From a virus (lineage: Duplodnaviria > Caudoviricetes), in the IMG/VR virus record IMGVR_UViG_2974636896_000001, positions 1 through 64,000 of that record: a stretch of 64,000 nt of DNA. The stretch is one strand, 5' to 3'. Of this stretch, positions 1 to 8,206 are shown piece after piece. The translations under genes and the position numbers were made by a program. Position 1 is the stretch's first letter, and each line of letters opens with the position of its first letter. The notes below the pieces were generated by a model. It made no database searches and was not told the DNA's origin. It saw only the letters and a program-made list of their open reading frames with translations.

Positions 1-951
1 ATGTCTTTTGCCTCTCTTAAGAAGGCGTCCTCTGGTGGCGATACATTCGCAAAACTCACCCGAGAGATTGACAAACTGAATCAGCCTGCTGCTGGTTCTT
101 CTGCTGACGAACGTTTCTGGAAACCAGAGATGGATAAGTCTGGCAATGGTTATGCTGTTATCCGATTTCTACCTGCTCCTGATGGCGAAGAGATGCCATG
201 GGCAAAGGTCTGGAGTCACGCATTCAAAGGTCCTGGTGGACAATGGTACATCGAGAACTCACTCACCACTCTTGGTAAGGATGATCCTATCGGTGAAATG
301 AATCGCCAACTGTGGAACAGTGGTCGTGATAGCGATAAAGAGATCGCTCGTGCTCAGAAACGTAAACTCTCTTACTACTCTAACATCTATGTCGTGAGCG
401 ATTCTGCTCACCCTGAGAACGAAGGTCGTGTTTTCCTCTATCGATTTGGTAAGAAAATCTTCGACAAACTGACTGAAGCAATGCAACCTGCATTTGCTGA
501 TGAATCACCTATCGATCCTTTCAACTTCTGGAAAGGTGCTGACTTCAAACTGAAGATTCGTAAGGTCGAAGGTTACTGGAACTATGACAAGTCCGAGTTT
601 GCTGCACCTGGCACTCTTGGCAACTTCGATGATGATAAACTGGAAGGTATCTGGAATAAAGGATACTCTCTTGCAGAGTTTGAAGATCCTAAGAACTTCA
701 AATCCTATGAGCAACTTACAGCACGTATGAATCTGGTGCTTGGTAAGACTTCGACTGCATCTGCTCCTGCCATTCGTGAGGATGAAGAGGAAGTGTCTGC
801 TGACTTCAACTCCCCTGATATCATGGCATCCAATCAACCTGATTGGGGTACTGAAGTGAGTAACTTCCGAGCAAAAGCAGTCGCTGCTTCTCCTGTCGAT
901 GATGATGAGGTTACCTTGTCAATGTTTGCTCGTCTTGCTGAGGAAGAGTGA
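1..951 (+). CDS. gp32: single-stranded DNA-binding protein (T4 gp32-like)
   Basis: DERFWKP...GNGYAVIRFLP, WYIENSLTT, RKLSYYSNIYVV, FKLKIRKV..YWNYDKSEF motifs and acidic C-terminal tail. Confidence 0.97.
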   Translation: MSFASLKKASSGGDTFAKLTREIDKLNQPAAGSSADERFWKPEMDKSGNGYAVIRFLPAPDGEEMPWAKVWSHAFKGPGGQWYIENSLTTLGKDDPIGEMNRQLWNSGRDSDKEIARAQKRKLSYYSNIYVVSDSAHPENEGRVFLYRFGKKIFDKLTEAMQPAFADESPIDPFNFWKGADFKLKIRKVEGYWNYDKSEFAAPGTLGNFDDDKLEGIWNKGYSLAEFEDPKNFKSYEQLTARMNLVLGKTSTASAPAIREDEEEVSADFNSPDIMASNQPDWGTEVSNFRAKAVAASPVDDDEVTLSMFARLAEEE

Positions 952-1370
952 TGAAACTTGCACTCGCTACAATGATGTTACTCTCTGCTCTGCCTGTTAG
1001 TGCAGAGAGTATTGGTGAGCGAAGCAACCGTCAAGCATATCAATCTCAAAGAGGGTATGCTTCGGAAAACAAATGCTATCGTAATGAATATCGTGAAGAG
1101 TACATTCCTGGAACATCTAATTCTCCTGGATATGTTTCCTCATATAAAGAGCGAGTAGAAGTTCCTTGTAATCGTGAAGTTTATCGTCGTGATGATGCTC
1201 CTAGGAGACACAATACCGATGACAATTCTTGCATCGAAGGTTCAATCCTAGGTGGCATTGCTGGAGGTGGAGCAGGTGCTGCTCTATCTCGTAAAGAAGG
1301 ACGCCTCTGGGCGATCCCTCTTGGCATTGTCGGTGGAGCACTGGTAGGATGCCAGGTTGATGGAGGTTAA
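948..1370 (+). CDS. exported/membrane protein with C-terminal glycine zipper
   Basis: signal-peptide-like N-terminus; GSILGGIAGGGAGAA...GIVGGALVG; overlaps the gp32 stop (ATGA). Confidence 0.75.
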   Translation: MMKLALATMMLLSALPVSAESIGERSNRQAYQSQRGYASENKCYRNEYREEYIPGTSNSPGYVSSYKERVEVPCNREVYRRDDAPRRHNTDDNSCIEGSILGGIAGGGAGAALSRKEGRLWAIPLGIVGGALVGCQVDGG

Positions 1371-1400
1371 AACGAAATTCGACTTTTGATTCCCTAAATC

Positions 1401-1428
1401 GGCGGAAAAAATCTCCGCCAATTTTTTG
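1401..1428. terminator. putative bidirectional intrinsic terminator
   Basis: GGCGGA-aaaaatc-TCCGCC hairpin followed by a T run, between convergent genes. Confidence 0.6.
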
Positions 1429-1432
1429 ACTT

Positions 1433-1624
1433 CTAGGGTTTTCTAAATTGACTCTCTAACATAAGACGAAATAAGTTGTCTTTCATTAACATGAGACCTT
1501 GTTGCTCATAAGAATCGCCACCAGGCCATTTTTCCAAATGAAAACAGACGGACCTGTACATAAGTGCAAGTCCGTCTTTTGTTATGTCTATAGTTATATA
1601 ATCTTCGTTAGGATCAGTATCCAC
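1433..1624 (-). CDS. small hypothetical protein (63 aa)
   Basis: C-terminal part of the 1433..1888 ORF; GTG start overlaps the gp53 stop; globular-looking LEKWPGGDSYEQ segment. Confidence 0.6.
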   Translation of the reverse strand: MDTDPNEDYITIDITKDGLALMYRSVCFHLEKWPGGDSYEQQGLMLMKDNLFRLMLESQFRKP

Positions 1625-2594
1625 CGCCGTAACCTGGTGAAGGACTTGGTGAAGGAGATGGAGAAGGTGAAGGACTCGGAGATGGACTAGGAGACGGCGA
1701 AGGACTCGGAGAAGGTGAGGGTGATGGCGATGGACTTGGTGTTGGAGTTGCAGCACCTCCACCAGTATTTGTGCCTGAACCTCCAGAAGATGCAGCAGTA
1801 GTAGTTGTAGCAGTACTATCAACTGAGACGACTGTTGCAATAACACCCTGGGTTGCTGATGATGAACCAGTAGTGCTGCCAAAATCAAATGATGTCACAA
1901 CACCAACAGATGTATTTCGAGAAGAACTTGCATATACAGTTGATTTTCTATTTAAGAATAGTTGTGAAATACTCAAAGTAGTTTTTTTGTTATTGGAATT
2001 ATCCAATTCTCTACTTTGTTTATATTCAACTAGATCATCAAATTCTTCAACAATTAAATCGACGATTTGAGAATTAGGGAGTAATATATTTCGTTTTAAC
2101 TCATTTGTATATTCTTCATATTCATAATTTGATACTGCGTATATAGATTCCTCTTTTGTCAATGTAACGCCATCAGGCATTATAGTTCTATATGATTCAT
2201 TAATCTCGATTCCTGCTTTTACATATACCATGCCATTGTATAATACTTCTGCAGTTTCCCAGTGATGAAGACCATCTGCAGAATCGTACTTATCAGCAAC
2301 AAACCTTTGAAGTTCATTACTGTCTTTTGGCCAATTTTCATAAAAATCTGTAATATTATTAATCAATAAAATTACCCAGTCTTTAAGTGGATCACCACAA
2401 ACTTCATTAGCAAGAGTAGACGGAGTATCGCCATCTCTAATGGAATACGTTTCAAATATGGTAATATATTTGTCTAGGTCTTCTCTTGAGAGAACTCGTC
2501 GAAATATATTTTTAACTAAACGATACTTAAAATTTTCTGAAGATGTAATACCTTCAGCAACGTAGATATTGGGCAATTGTGAGAAGTAAGACAT
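1614..2594 (-). CDS. gp53: baseplate wedge subunit gp53 with Ser-Pro repeat tail
   Basis: MSYFSQLPN, KNIFRR, Y.I.DGDTP..LA, WVILLINNI...WP, HHWET, SNYEYE...NE.KR.I motifs; synteny with gp48 and gp4. Confidence 0.9.
   Translation of the reverse strand: MSYFSQLPNIYVAEGITSSENFKYRLVKNIFRRVLSREDLDKYITIFETYSIRDGDTPSTLANEVCGDPLKDWVILLINNITDFYENWPKDSNELQRFVADKYDSADGLHHWETAEVLYNGMVYVKAGIEINESYRTIMPDGVTLTKEESIYAVSNYEYEEYTNELKRNILLPNSQIVDLIVEEFDDLVEYKQSRELDNSNNKKTTLSISQLFLNRKSTVYASSSRNTSVGVVTSFDFGSTTGSSSATQGVIATVVSVDSTATTTTAASSGGSGTNTGGGAATPTPSPSPSPSPSPSPSPSPSPSPSPSPSPSPSPSPSPGYGGGY
1635..1745 (-). repeat. (Ser-Pro)17 coding repeat in gp53
   Basis: 17 consecutive SP dipeptides preceded by TPTP, encoded by mixed synonymous codons. 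Confidence 0.95.
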
Positions 2595-3620
2595 TTAGAA
2601 TCCTTCGAGAACGTCGTCGAGTGTAATAATAGAAGTTTCGATGAACTGCAGACTCAAAGTCACCGAAGGAACATGAATTTGACCAAAGTCATTTCTATCT
2701 ACCAAATTTCCTGAACTTTTGAATGATCTAAAAGCGTTGTAAGAACCATCGGGAGTAAAGTTAACTTTAATACCAGCACATACAGAATCTTTTATTCTAT
2801 GGTGAAGAAATAATCCATTTCTTCCACTGCCTTTATCAGGTTGCATCCTTTTATATGAAATTTCAAATTTATCAGGAACTTCAAAGAATCTAGCATTGGT
2901 TGCTTTTTTAAATGAATCTGATCCTGCAAGTTGTGACTCAAAGGAACTTAAATCTGCCTTGCCAAGACCACTACTGTTAGCAGCACCAATTTTTGGAACG
3001 GCACCAATTTTTATCCATTGAATGATATCATAAATTTCTGCTGCTTCTGCAGCACTGCGTGCAAATAATTTAAAATTGAAAGAATGAGTTCTAAACTGCA
3101 TATTCTTAAAAATTTGCTCTTGGAAGGGGTTAAACACCTTTCCTGTAGTAAGAGATTGTAAGGAGTTTGCATCAAGATTGCCTGCTAACCCCAACATCTG
3201 TGATACGTTGTTTGCAGCACCCGCAATAGCACTAGAAACAAATTCATTACCAGCACTTCCTGCAAAGTCAGTAACCGTATTTACAATCGAATCAAGACCA
3301 CCACTAGTGCCAACTAGTCCAGCAGCTGCAATACCACCAACTCCTAAGTCAACCTGACTATACTGAGGTTGATATGCAGTTTCAATACTATTAGGTAGTG
3401 CTAGATATACTCTAGTATCAGAACCATAGGATTTTTTTACATTATTGCCAGGAAGATTTTGCCCATAATATGAAGTTGCTTTATCAGAATAGTCAATCTG
3501 ATATCTACGCAATGACAGATAGTCGATAAATTCTGTAGGAGACTCTACATCATCAGCTCCACTAACATCTGCAACTGGCGGTTTTATTGGATATCTTAGG
3601 ATCTTTGAGTTGCGTGCCAA
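2595..3620 (-). CDS. gp48: baseplate tail tube cap gp48
   Basis: LRYP N-terminus, NPFQEQIFKNMQFRTHSFNFKLFARS..EA, P.KF.I, LSLQFIE; position next to gp53. Confidence 0.85.
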   Translation of the reverse strand: MARNSKILRYPIKPPVADVSGADDVESPTEFIDYLSLRRYQIDYSDKATSYYGQNLPGNNVKKSYGSDTRVYLALPNSIETAYQPQYSQVDLGVGGIAAAGLVGTSGGLDSIVNTVTDFAGSAGNEFVSSAIAGAANNVSQMLGLAGNLDANSLQSLTTGKVFNPFQEQIFKNMQFRTHSFNFKLFARSAAEAAEIYDIIQWIKIGAVPKIGAANSSGLGKADLSSFESQLAGSDSFKKATNARFFEVPDKFEISYKRMQPDKGSGRNGLFLHHRIKDSVCAGIKVNFTPDGSYNAFRSFKSSGNLVDRNDFGQIHVPSVTLSLQFIETSIITLDDVLEGF

Positions 3621-3628
3621 AATTATAC

Positions 3629-3658
3629 CTAAATACTATGTGACCTCTATGTATTTAT
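3629..3658. promoter_or_regulatory. back-to-back T4-type late promoters (TAAATA)
   Basis: CTAAATA on + strand toward gp4; TATTTAT (ATAAATA on - strand) toward gp48. Confidence 0.7.
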
Positions 3659-4076
3659 GAGATATACAGGCAAGTACCGACCTTCCTTTCCTGGGAAGTA
3701 TAAAGGTGATCCTAGAAATATCATATATCGTTCCTCATGGGAATATAAATTCATGAAATGGTGTGATATTACTCCTTCTATATTAGAATGGGGCAGTGAA
3801 GAAATCATTATTCCTTACATTTCTCCAGTTGACGGGAGACGCCATAGATATTTTCCCGATTTTTATGTTAAAATTGCCAATAATAAATATTTGGTTGAGG
3901 TAAAACCGTTCAAACAAACTAAAGAACCAAAGACTCAAAAAAGGCATACAAAACGATATATTAATGAAGTTGTGACATATGCTGTAAACCAGGCAAAGTG
4001 GAAAGCGGCTACTGAATTTTGCTTAGATAATGGTTGGGAATTTATGCTAATCACAGAAAAAGAACTAAAAGTATAA
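3657..4076 (+). CDS. gp4: head completion protein gp4 (TnsA-like nuclease fold)
   Basis: KYKGDP.NIIYRSSWE..FM.WCD, W.SEE..IPY.SP.D.R.HRYFPDF, EVKP..QT, NQAKW.AA. Confidence 0.95.
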   Translation: MRYTGKYRPSFPGKYKGDPRNIIYRSSWEYKFMKWCDITPSILEWGSEEIIIPYISPVDGRRHRYFPDFYVKIANNKYLVEVKPFKQTKEPKTQKRHTKRYINEVVTYAVNQAKWKAATEFCLDNGWEFMLITEKELKV

Positions 4077-4930
4077 TGACGATTCCAAACGAACAAGCAG
4101 CACAATATAATTCATTACAGAATTTTATTGGATTTTTTAAGGAGAAAAATAACGCACCTTCTTTCGCGAATCTATTTTCTGTACATCTTAGTACTCCACC
4201 AATGATGGGATCAGGTGGGTATCAAAGAGGCACCAAGTATGATCCTCAACAAGGAGATTTGAGAGAGTTATTAAACTATTATGCAGATAGTGTAAATCTT
4301 CCTAGTAAGCAAGTAACAACTGGCAACTATAATCAACTAGGTTCTGCTATCAGATATGCTACAGGTTCTACCTTTAGTCAAATTAGTATTAATTTTAGAG
4401 TACCTCGTTCTGGAGAAACTAGAGCATTTTTTGAACGTTGGATTGCTTTGATGTCAAATGATGCAAGTCAATACACTGAGTATTATGAAAACTATGCATG
4501 TCCGTTTTTGAGAATTTATAAGTGGGAAAGAGGTGGTGGTGACCTTGCAGTCTCTAAAAGAGAAATGCTAAGAGCAATCAGAGATTCTAGACTTACTAGG
4601 GCAACAGCATTAACACCTAAATTAGATCAACTTACGGGAGTATATGAGTTAAGAAATGTATTTCCATTTAATATTGGTTCTATTCAATTAGATAATAGTC
4701 AAAATAAACTAATGACTATGAGTGTTCAGTTTTACTATGAACGCTATAGATTCTTCCAAAGTTCTGAGTTCAGTCAAAGGAATGAGAGAATATTTGTTCC
4801 TGCTCCAGTAGATAATGCTACAAATCCTGGAACAGATCCTCTCGGTCGTATATCAGTACCTTCTGCTGTCAGTCAGTTTGGTTCTCTCTCTGGTAGAGTC
4901 AACAATAGCATAGACGTTGGACTAGCATAA
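4076..4930 (+). CDS. tail tube initiator / tube-like baseplate protein (gp54-like)
   Basis: ADSVNLPSKQV, R.FFERW, FPFNIGSIQL..S, VQFYYERY tube-protein signature; start reassigned to the ATG overlapping the gp4 stop. Confidence 0.65.
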   Translation: MTIPNEQAAQYNSLQNFIGFFKEKNNAPSFANLFSVHLSTPPMMGSGGYQRGTKYDPQQGDLRELLNYYADSVNLPSKQVTTGNYNQLGSAIRYATGSTFSQISINFRVPRSGETRAFFERWIALMSNDASQYTEYYENYACPFLRIYKWERGGGDLAVSKREMLRAIRDSRLTRATALTPKLDQLTGVYELRNVFPFNIGSIQLDNSQNKLMTMSVQFYYERYRFFQSSEFSQRNERIFVPAPVDNATNPGTDPLGRISVPSAVSQFGSLSGRVNNSIDVGLA

Positions 4931-4969
4931 ACGTGACTCTATAAATAAAATTACTGAATTGAATTTGAT

Positions 4970-5680
4970 ATGCCATTACCTAAGTTAAATGTTCCTAGTT
5001 ACAAAACAACATTACCATCTACGGGAACCAAGGTTACTTATAGACCATTTTTAGTAAAAGAAGAAAAACTTCTTTTGATCGCTACTGAAACTGGTGATTC
5101 TGAAGATATGGTTCAGGCAATTAAAACAATTATTACTGATTGTACTGATATTAAAGACGTTTCTTCCTTAGCTACTTTCGATATTGAATTTTTATTTCTT
5201 AAAATTCGCACATCATCTGTAGGTGAAAATGTCAATGTAACGGTCACTTGTAGTGATGATGGTGAAACTGAAGTTGATGTTACCATTCCTTTGGATGATA
5301 TCAAAATTCATAAGACTAGGGGACATAAATCTGATATAAAATTGTCTGAGGATGTTGCAATCTCTATGGGATATCCTTCTATTGAGACATTTGTTAAGAT
5401 GAACTTTGACGATGGCACTAATCAGGTTGATCAAGTTTTTGAGATGGCATCAACTTGCATTAAAACAATTTCTGATTCCAATCAAGTATATGATTGTAAA
5501 GATTTTCCTAAAGCAGAACTTCTTGAATTTTTTGATCAACTAAGCAGTAAGCAGTTTGGTTTGATTCAAAATTTCTTTGAAACTATGCCCAAGTTATCTC
5601 ATACAATTAAGGTAAACAATCCTAATACTGGAGTTGAAAATGAGATCGTGCTTGAGGGATTAGCGAGTTTTTTCGCATAG
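4970..5680 (+). CDS. gp26: baseplate hub assembly protein gp26
   Basis: MPLPK...Y...LPSTG..V.YRPFLVKEEK.LL.A, FDIEFLFLKIR..SVGE, FFETMPKL, LEGLASFF; late promoter ATAAATA at ~4942. Confidence 0.92.
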   Translation: MPLPKLNVPSYKTTLPSTGTKVTYRPFLVKEEKLLLIATETGDSEDMVQAIKTIITDCTDIKDVSSLATFDIEFLFLKIRTSSVGENVNVTVTCSDDGETEVDVTIPLDDIKIHKTRGHKSDIKLSEDVAISMGYPSIETFVKMNFDDGTNQVDQVFEMASTCIKTISDSNQVYDCKDFPKAELLEFFDQLSSKQFGLIQNFFETMPKLSHTIKVNNPNTGVENEIVLEGLASFFA

Positions 5681-5868
5681 GACTCCTTCACACTAATCTT
5701 CGTGCTTATTATGAGGGTAATTTTGCATTAATGCATCATCATAAATGGAATATAGAACATATTGATAATCTCATGCCCTGGGAAAAAGAAATTTATGTAA
5801 GTCTATTAGTTCAATTCCTTAAAGAAGAAGAAAAACGTATGAAGGAGCAGCAGGCAGCAAGTGGCTAA
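5674..5868 (+). CDS. gp51: baseplate hub assembly catalyst gp51 (first ATG 5731; probably reached by -1 frameshift from gp26)
   Basis: not in the ORF track; reads RIGLLHTNLRAYYEGNFALMHHHKWNIEHIDNLMPWEKEIYVSLLVQFLKEEEKR, and the LMPWE.EIY motif is typical of cyanophage gp51. Confidence 0.85.
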   Translation, partial: RIGLLHTNLRAYYEGNFALMHHHKWNIEHIDNLMPWEKEIYVSLLVQFLKEEEKRMKEQQAASG

Positions 5869-8206
5869 CATTACCGCATACAAATTGGTCAGTCCAGAAG
5901 TATCTCAAAAGAGTACAGTTGTTAATGCGATAAATTTAAATACCTATGCTGTCAATAACTTAGGTGTTGCTGTCACTAGTATTGCAAATACTATCGGTGA
6001 TCTCCGAGGGATTAATACAGAAAAATCGAAGATAGATAAAAAGAATCTTCTTATCGAAAGAAGGCAAGAAAGATTAGAAAAAGACAAGCAGGCAGAAAAT
6101 TCTGAAGAAATATCAAAAGGTAAACCTAATAAAAAAGACGAATCAAAATTAAAATTAGGATTAAAGAAAACTACCAAAGGTGCATTTGGTTGGTTGCAAA
6201 ATTTCTTAGGTCCTCTTGGTTCATTACTCCTTGATCTTGGTGCATTTGCTCTTACAAAAAAGGTATTAGATTATTTTTCAGATGAAGAAAATCAAATAAA
6301 GATTAAAACTTTCTTAGAAAGGTCTCAATTTGTATTTGATAAGATATCAGAGTTATCTGGTGATATCACATCTAAAGTCTCAGATGGACTAGATTTCATC
6401 TTTGGTAAAGAGACTACAATTGAACAAAGATTAGAAGCATTTGGTAAAATTGCTCTAGCAATTGGCGGAATGGGTGCCATTCTTCTTGCTGCTAATGCAC
6501 TTCCTTTTGGTAGAGATAGAGACTTAAATAGAAATAGGAATAGAAACAATAATGCCAGGAATGCCCAAAGAGGGACGAATGCATTCCAGTCTGGGGCAAG
6601 AAGTTTTTCCAGACCTGCTGGTTTCATGCCAAGAAGCGATGCCGCAGGAAATCAAATTGCTGGAAGAGGAAGTTTATATAGACAAAATCTCAACAGAATT
6701 GTCCGACCTGGACAACTGACATCAGGTCTAACACAACCTGCCAGACCAAGTAGAATGGCAGGATTTAGGGCAAATCTTCAAACTGGTACTGCTAACGTTC
6801 CACTGTCTCCTGGTCTTCAGAGAGCAGCATTTAAAGCAGGTCCACGAGCAGCAAAAATTGCTAGAGCATCTTCAGCAGCAGCGAAGAATGCCATGGGTAG
6901 AATACCATTTATTGGTGCTCTCATCGCTGGTATCTACACATATTTTGAAGATATTGATCCACTAGATGGGAAACCTGATAGAAACTTAAGTAAAGCATTG
7001 TTTGTAGCAGGTGGTACTGCTCTTGGTGGATTACTTGGTAGTTTTATTCCCATTCCTATTCTTGGTACTGCTCTCGGTGCTATCCTTGGTGAATATGTTG
7101 GTGAACTCATGTACATCCTCATCAAAGGGGATGGTCCTGGTGCAGTTGGAGCTAAGTTAAAGAGAGATATTCAAAAACTTTTTGAAGCAGGAAAATTATT
7201 TGTTGGTTGGGCAGGAGATGGATTTAGTAGATTATTAGATGGATTTCCAAAGATGAATATCTTTGGACAGAAAGTTCCTGATCCCTTCTTCATGATTAAT
7301 CCTATGAATATGCTGGATAAAGCAAAACTCATAGGAAAAGCATTCTTCTCTAGAGATACTATGAATCTCGATGATAAGAAAGTTGGCGAAAAAGTAACTA
7401 TTGACGGTCAAGAAAAGTATTTTGCTGGTGATGATTATGGATTCCAATCACTAGAAGCATATAATAAACTAGTCAAAGATGGTGTTCTTCCACATCCTGC
7501 TGGCGAAGCACCTCCAATAGGTAAATCTAGTGGTGGTCTTGTACAACCTCAGCAGATGTTCCTTGGTGGCGTAGTAAAAGGTATTGGTAATGCCATCAAA
7601 GGAGTTACAGGTGGGATTGGTAAGGCAGTTGGTAGTGTTGTTAATAATCCTATAGTGAGAAGTGTTGCATCATTCATTCCTGGTGCAGCACCTATCATGG
7701 CAGGAATTGGTATGGCATCTAACATCATGCAAGGCAATTTCAATATGGGTGATATTTTAGGTGCTGCAGGTAGTTTTATCCCTGGGTTTGGTGCTGCTAT
7801 GAGCAGTCCTCTTGGACAGATTGGGCAGAGCATTCTTTCTGGAAACTATATGGGTGCAATGGATCAGGGTCTTAGCATGGTTACATCTTCTCTTGGTATA
7901 CCTTCTGCTATATCTGGTATTGCTAAAGCAGCAATTACTGGTGGAGACATGAGTGCAGGAATTGCTGAAACTGCAGCACAAGTTGGTGTTGACCCTAAAA
8001 TTATCGGTGCAGTTAGTAGAGGAAATGATGCATTGTCTCAAGGTGGGTTGTCTGAAAGGTATGTTATGCAAGAAGCAATCGAATTCTTACCAGTTCCAAT
8101 CGTCATAAAAGAATTCCAACTTATTCCTCAAGCAGTACCAATAAATAATTCATCTAGTAATGCTGTCCATAGTGGAACTTCTACCTTAACACAGAGAATG
8201 CAGTAA
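5861..8206 (+). CDS. tape-measure/hub-like tail protein (gp29 position)
   Basis: follows gp26-gp51; coiled-coil N-terminus, Gly/Ala-rich hydrophobic helices (GGTALGGLLGSFIPIPILGTALGAILG). Confidence 0.65.
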   Translation: MANITAYKLVSPEVSQKSTVVNAINLNTYAVNNLGVAVTSIANTIGDLRGINTEKSKIDKKNLLIERRQERLEKDKQAENSEEISKGKPNKKDESKLKLGLKKTTKGAFGWLQNFLGPLGSLLLDLGAFALTKKVLDYFSDEENQIKIKTFLERSQFVFDKISELSGDITSKVSDGLDFIFGKETTIEQRLEAFGKIALAIGGMGAILLAANALPFGRDRDLNRNRNRNNNARNAQRGTNAFQSGARSFSRPAGFMPRSDAAGNQIAGRGSLYRQNLNRIVRPGQLTSGLTQPARPSRMAGFRANLQTGTANVPLSPGLQRAAFKAGPRAAKIARASSAAAKNAMGRIPFIGALIAGIYTYFEDIDPLDGKPDRNLSKALFVAGGTALGGLLGSFIPIPILGTALGAILGEYVGELMYILIKGDGPGAVGAKLKRDIQKLFEAGKLFVGWAGDGFSRLLDGFPKMNIFGQKVPDPFFMINPMNMLDKAKLIGKAFFSRDTMNLDDKKVGEKVTIDGQEKYFAGDDYGFQSLEAYNKLVKDGVLPHPAGEAPPIGKSSGGLVQPQQMFLGGVVKGIGNAIKGVTGGIGKAVGSVVNNPIVRSVASFIPGAAPIMAGIGMASNIMQGNFNMGDILGAAGSFIPGFGAAMSSPLGQIGQSILSGNYMGAMDQGLSMVTSSLGIPSAISGIAKAAITGGDMSAGIAETAAQVGVDPKIIGAVSRGNDALSQGGLSERYVMQEAIEFLPVPIVIKEFQLIPQAVPINNSSSNAVHSGTSTLTQRMQ

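Noticed and set aside
1-3. Window starting exactly at the gp32 ATG as a genome terminus
   Set aside because: It most likely reflects how a circularly permuted assembly was opened; no terminal feature is visible.
1625-1888. Leu/His/Gln-rich N-terminal extension of ORF 1433..1888
   Set aside because: It is an alternate-frame reading of the gp53 Ser-Pro repeat; the real small gene probably starts at GTG 1624.
3657-4076. TnsA-like transposase / mobile element
   Set aside because: Motifs and synteny identify it as T4 gp4 head completion protein; there are no terminal repeats or partner transposition genes.
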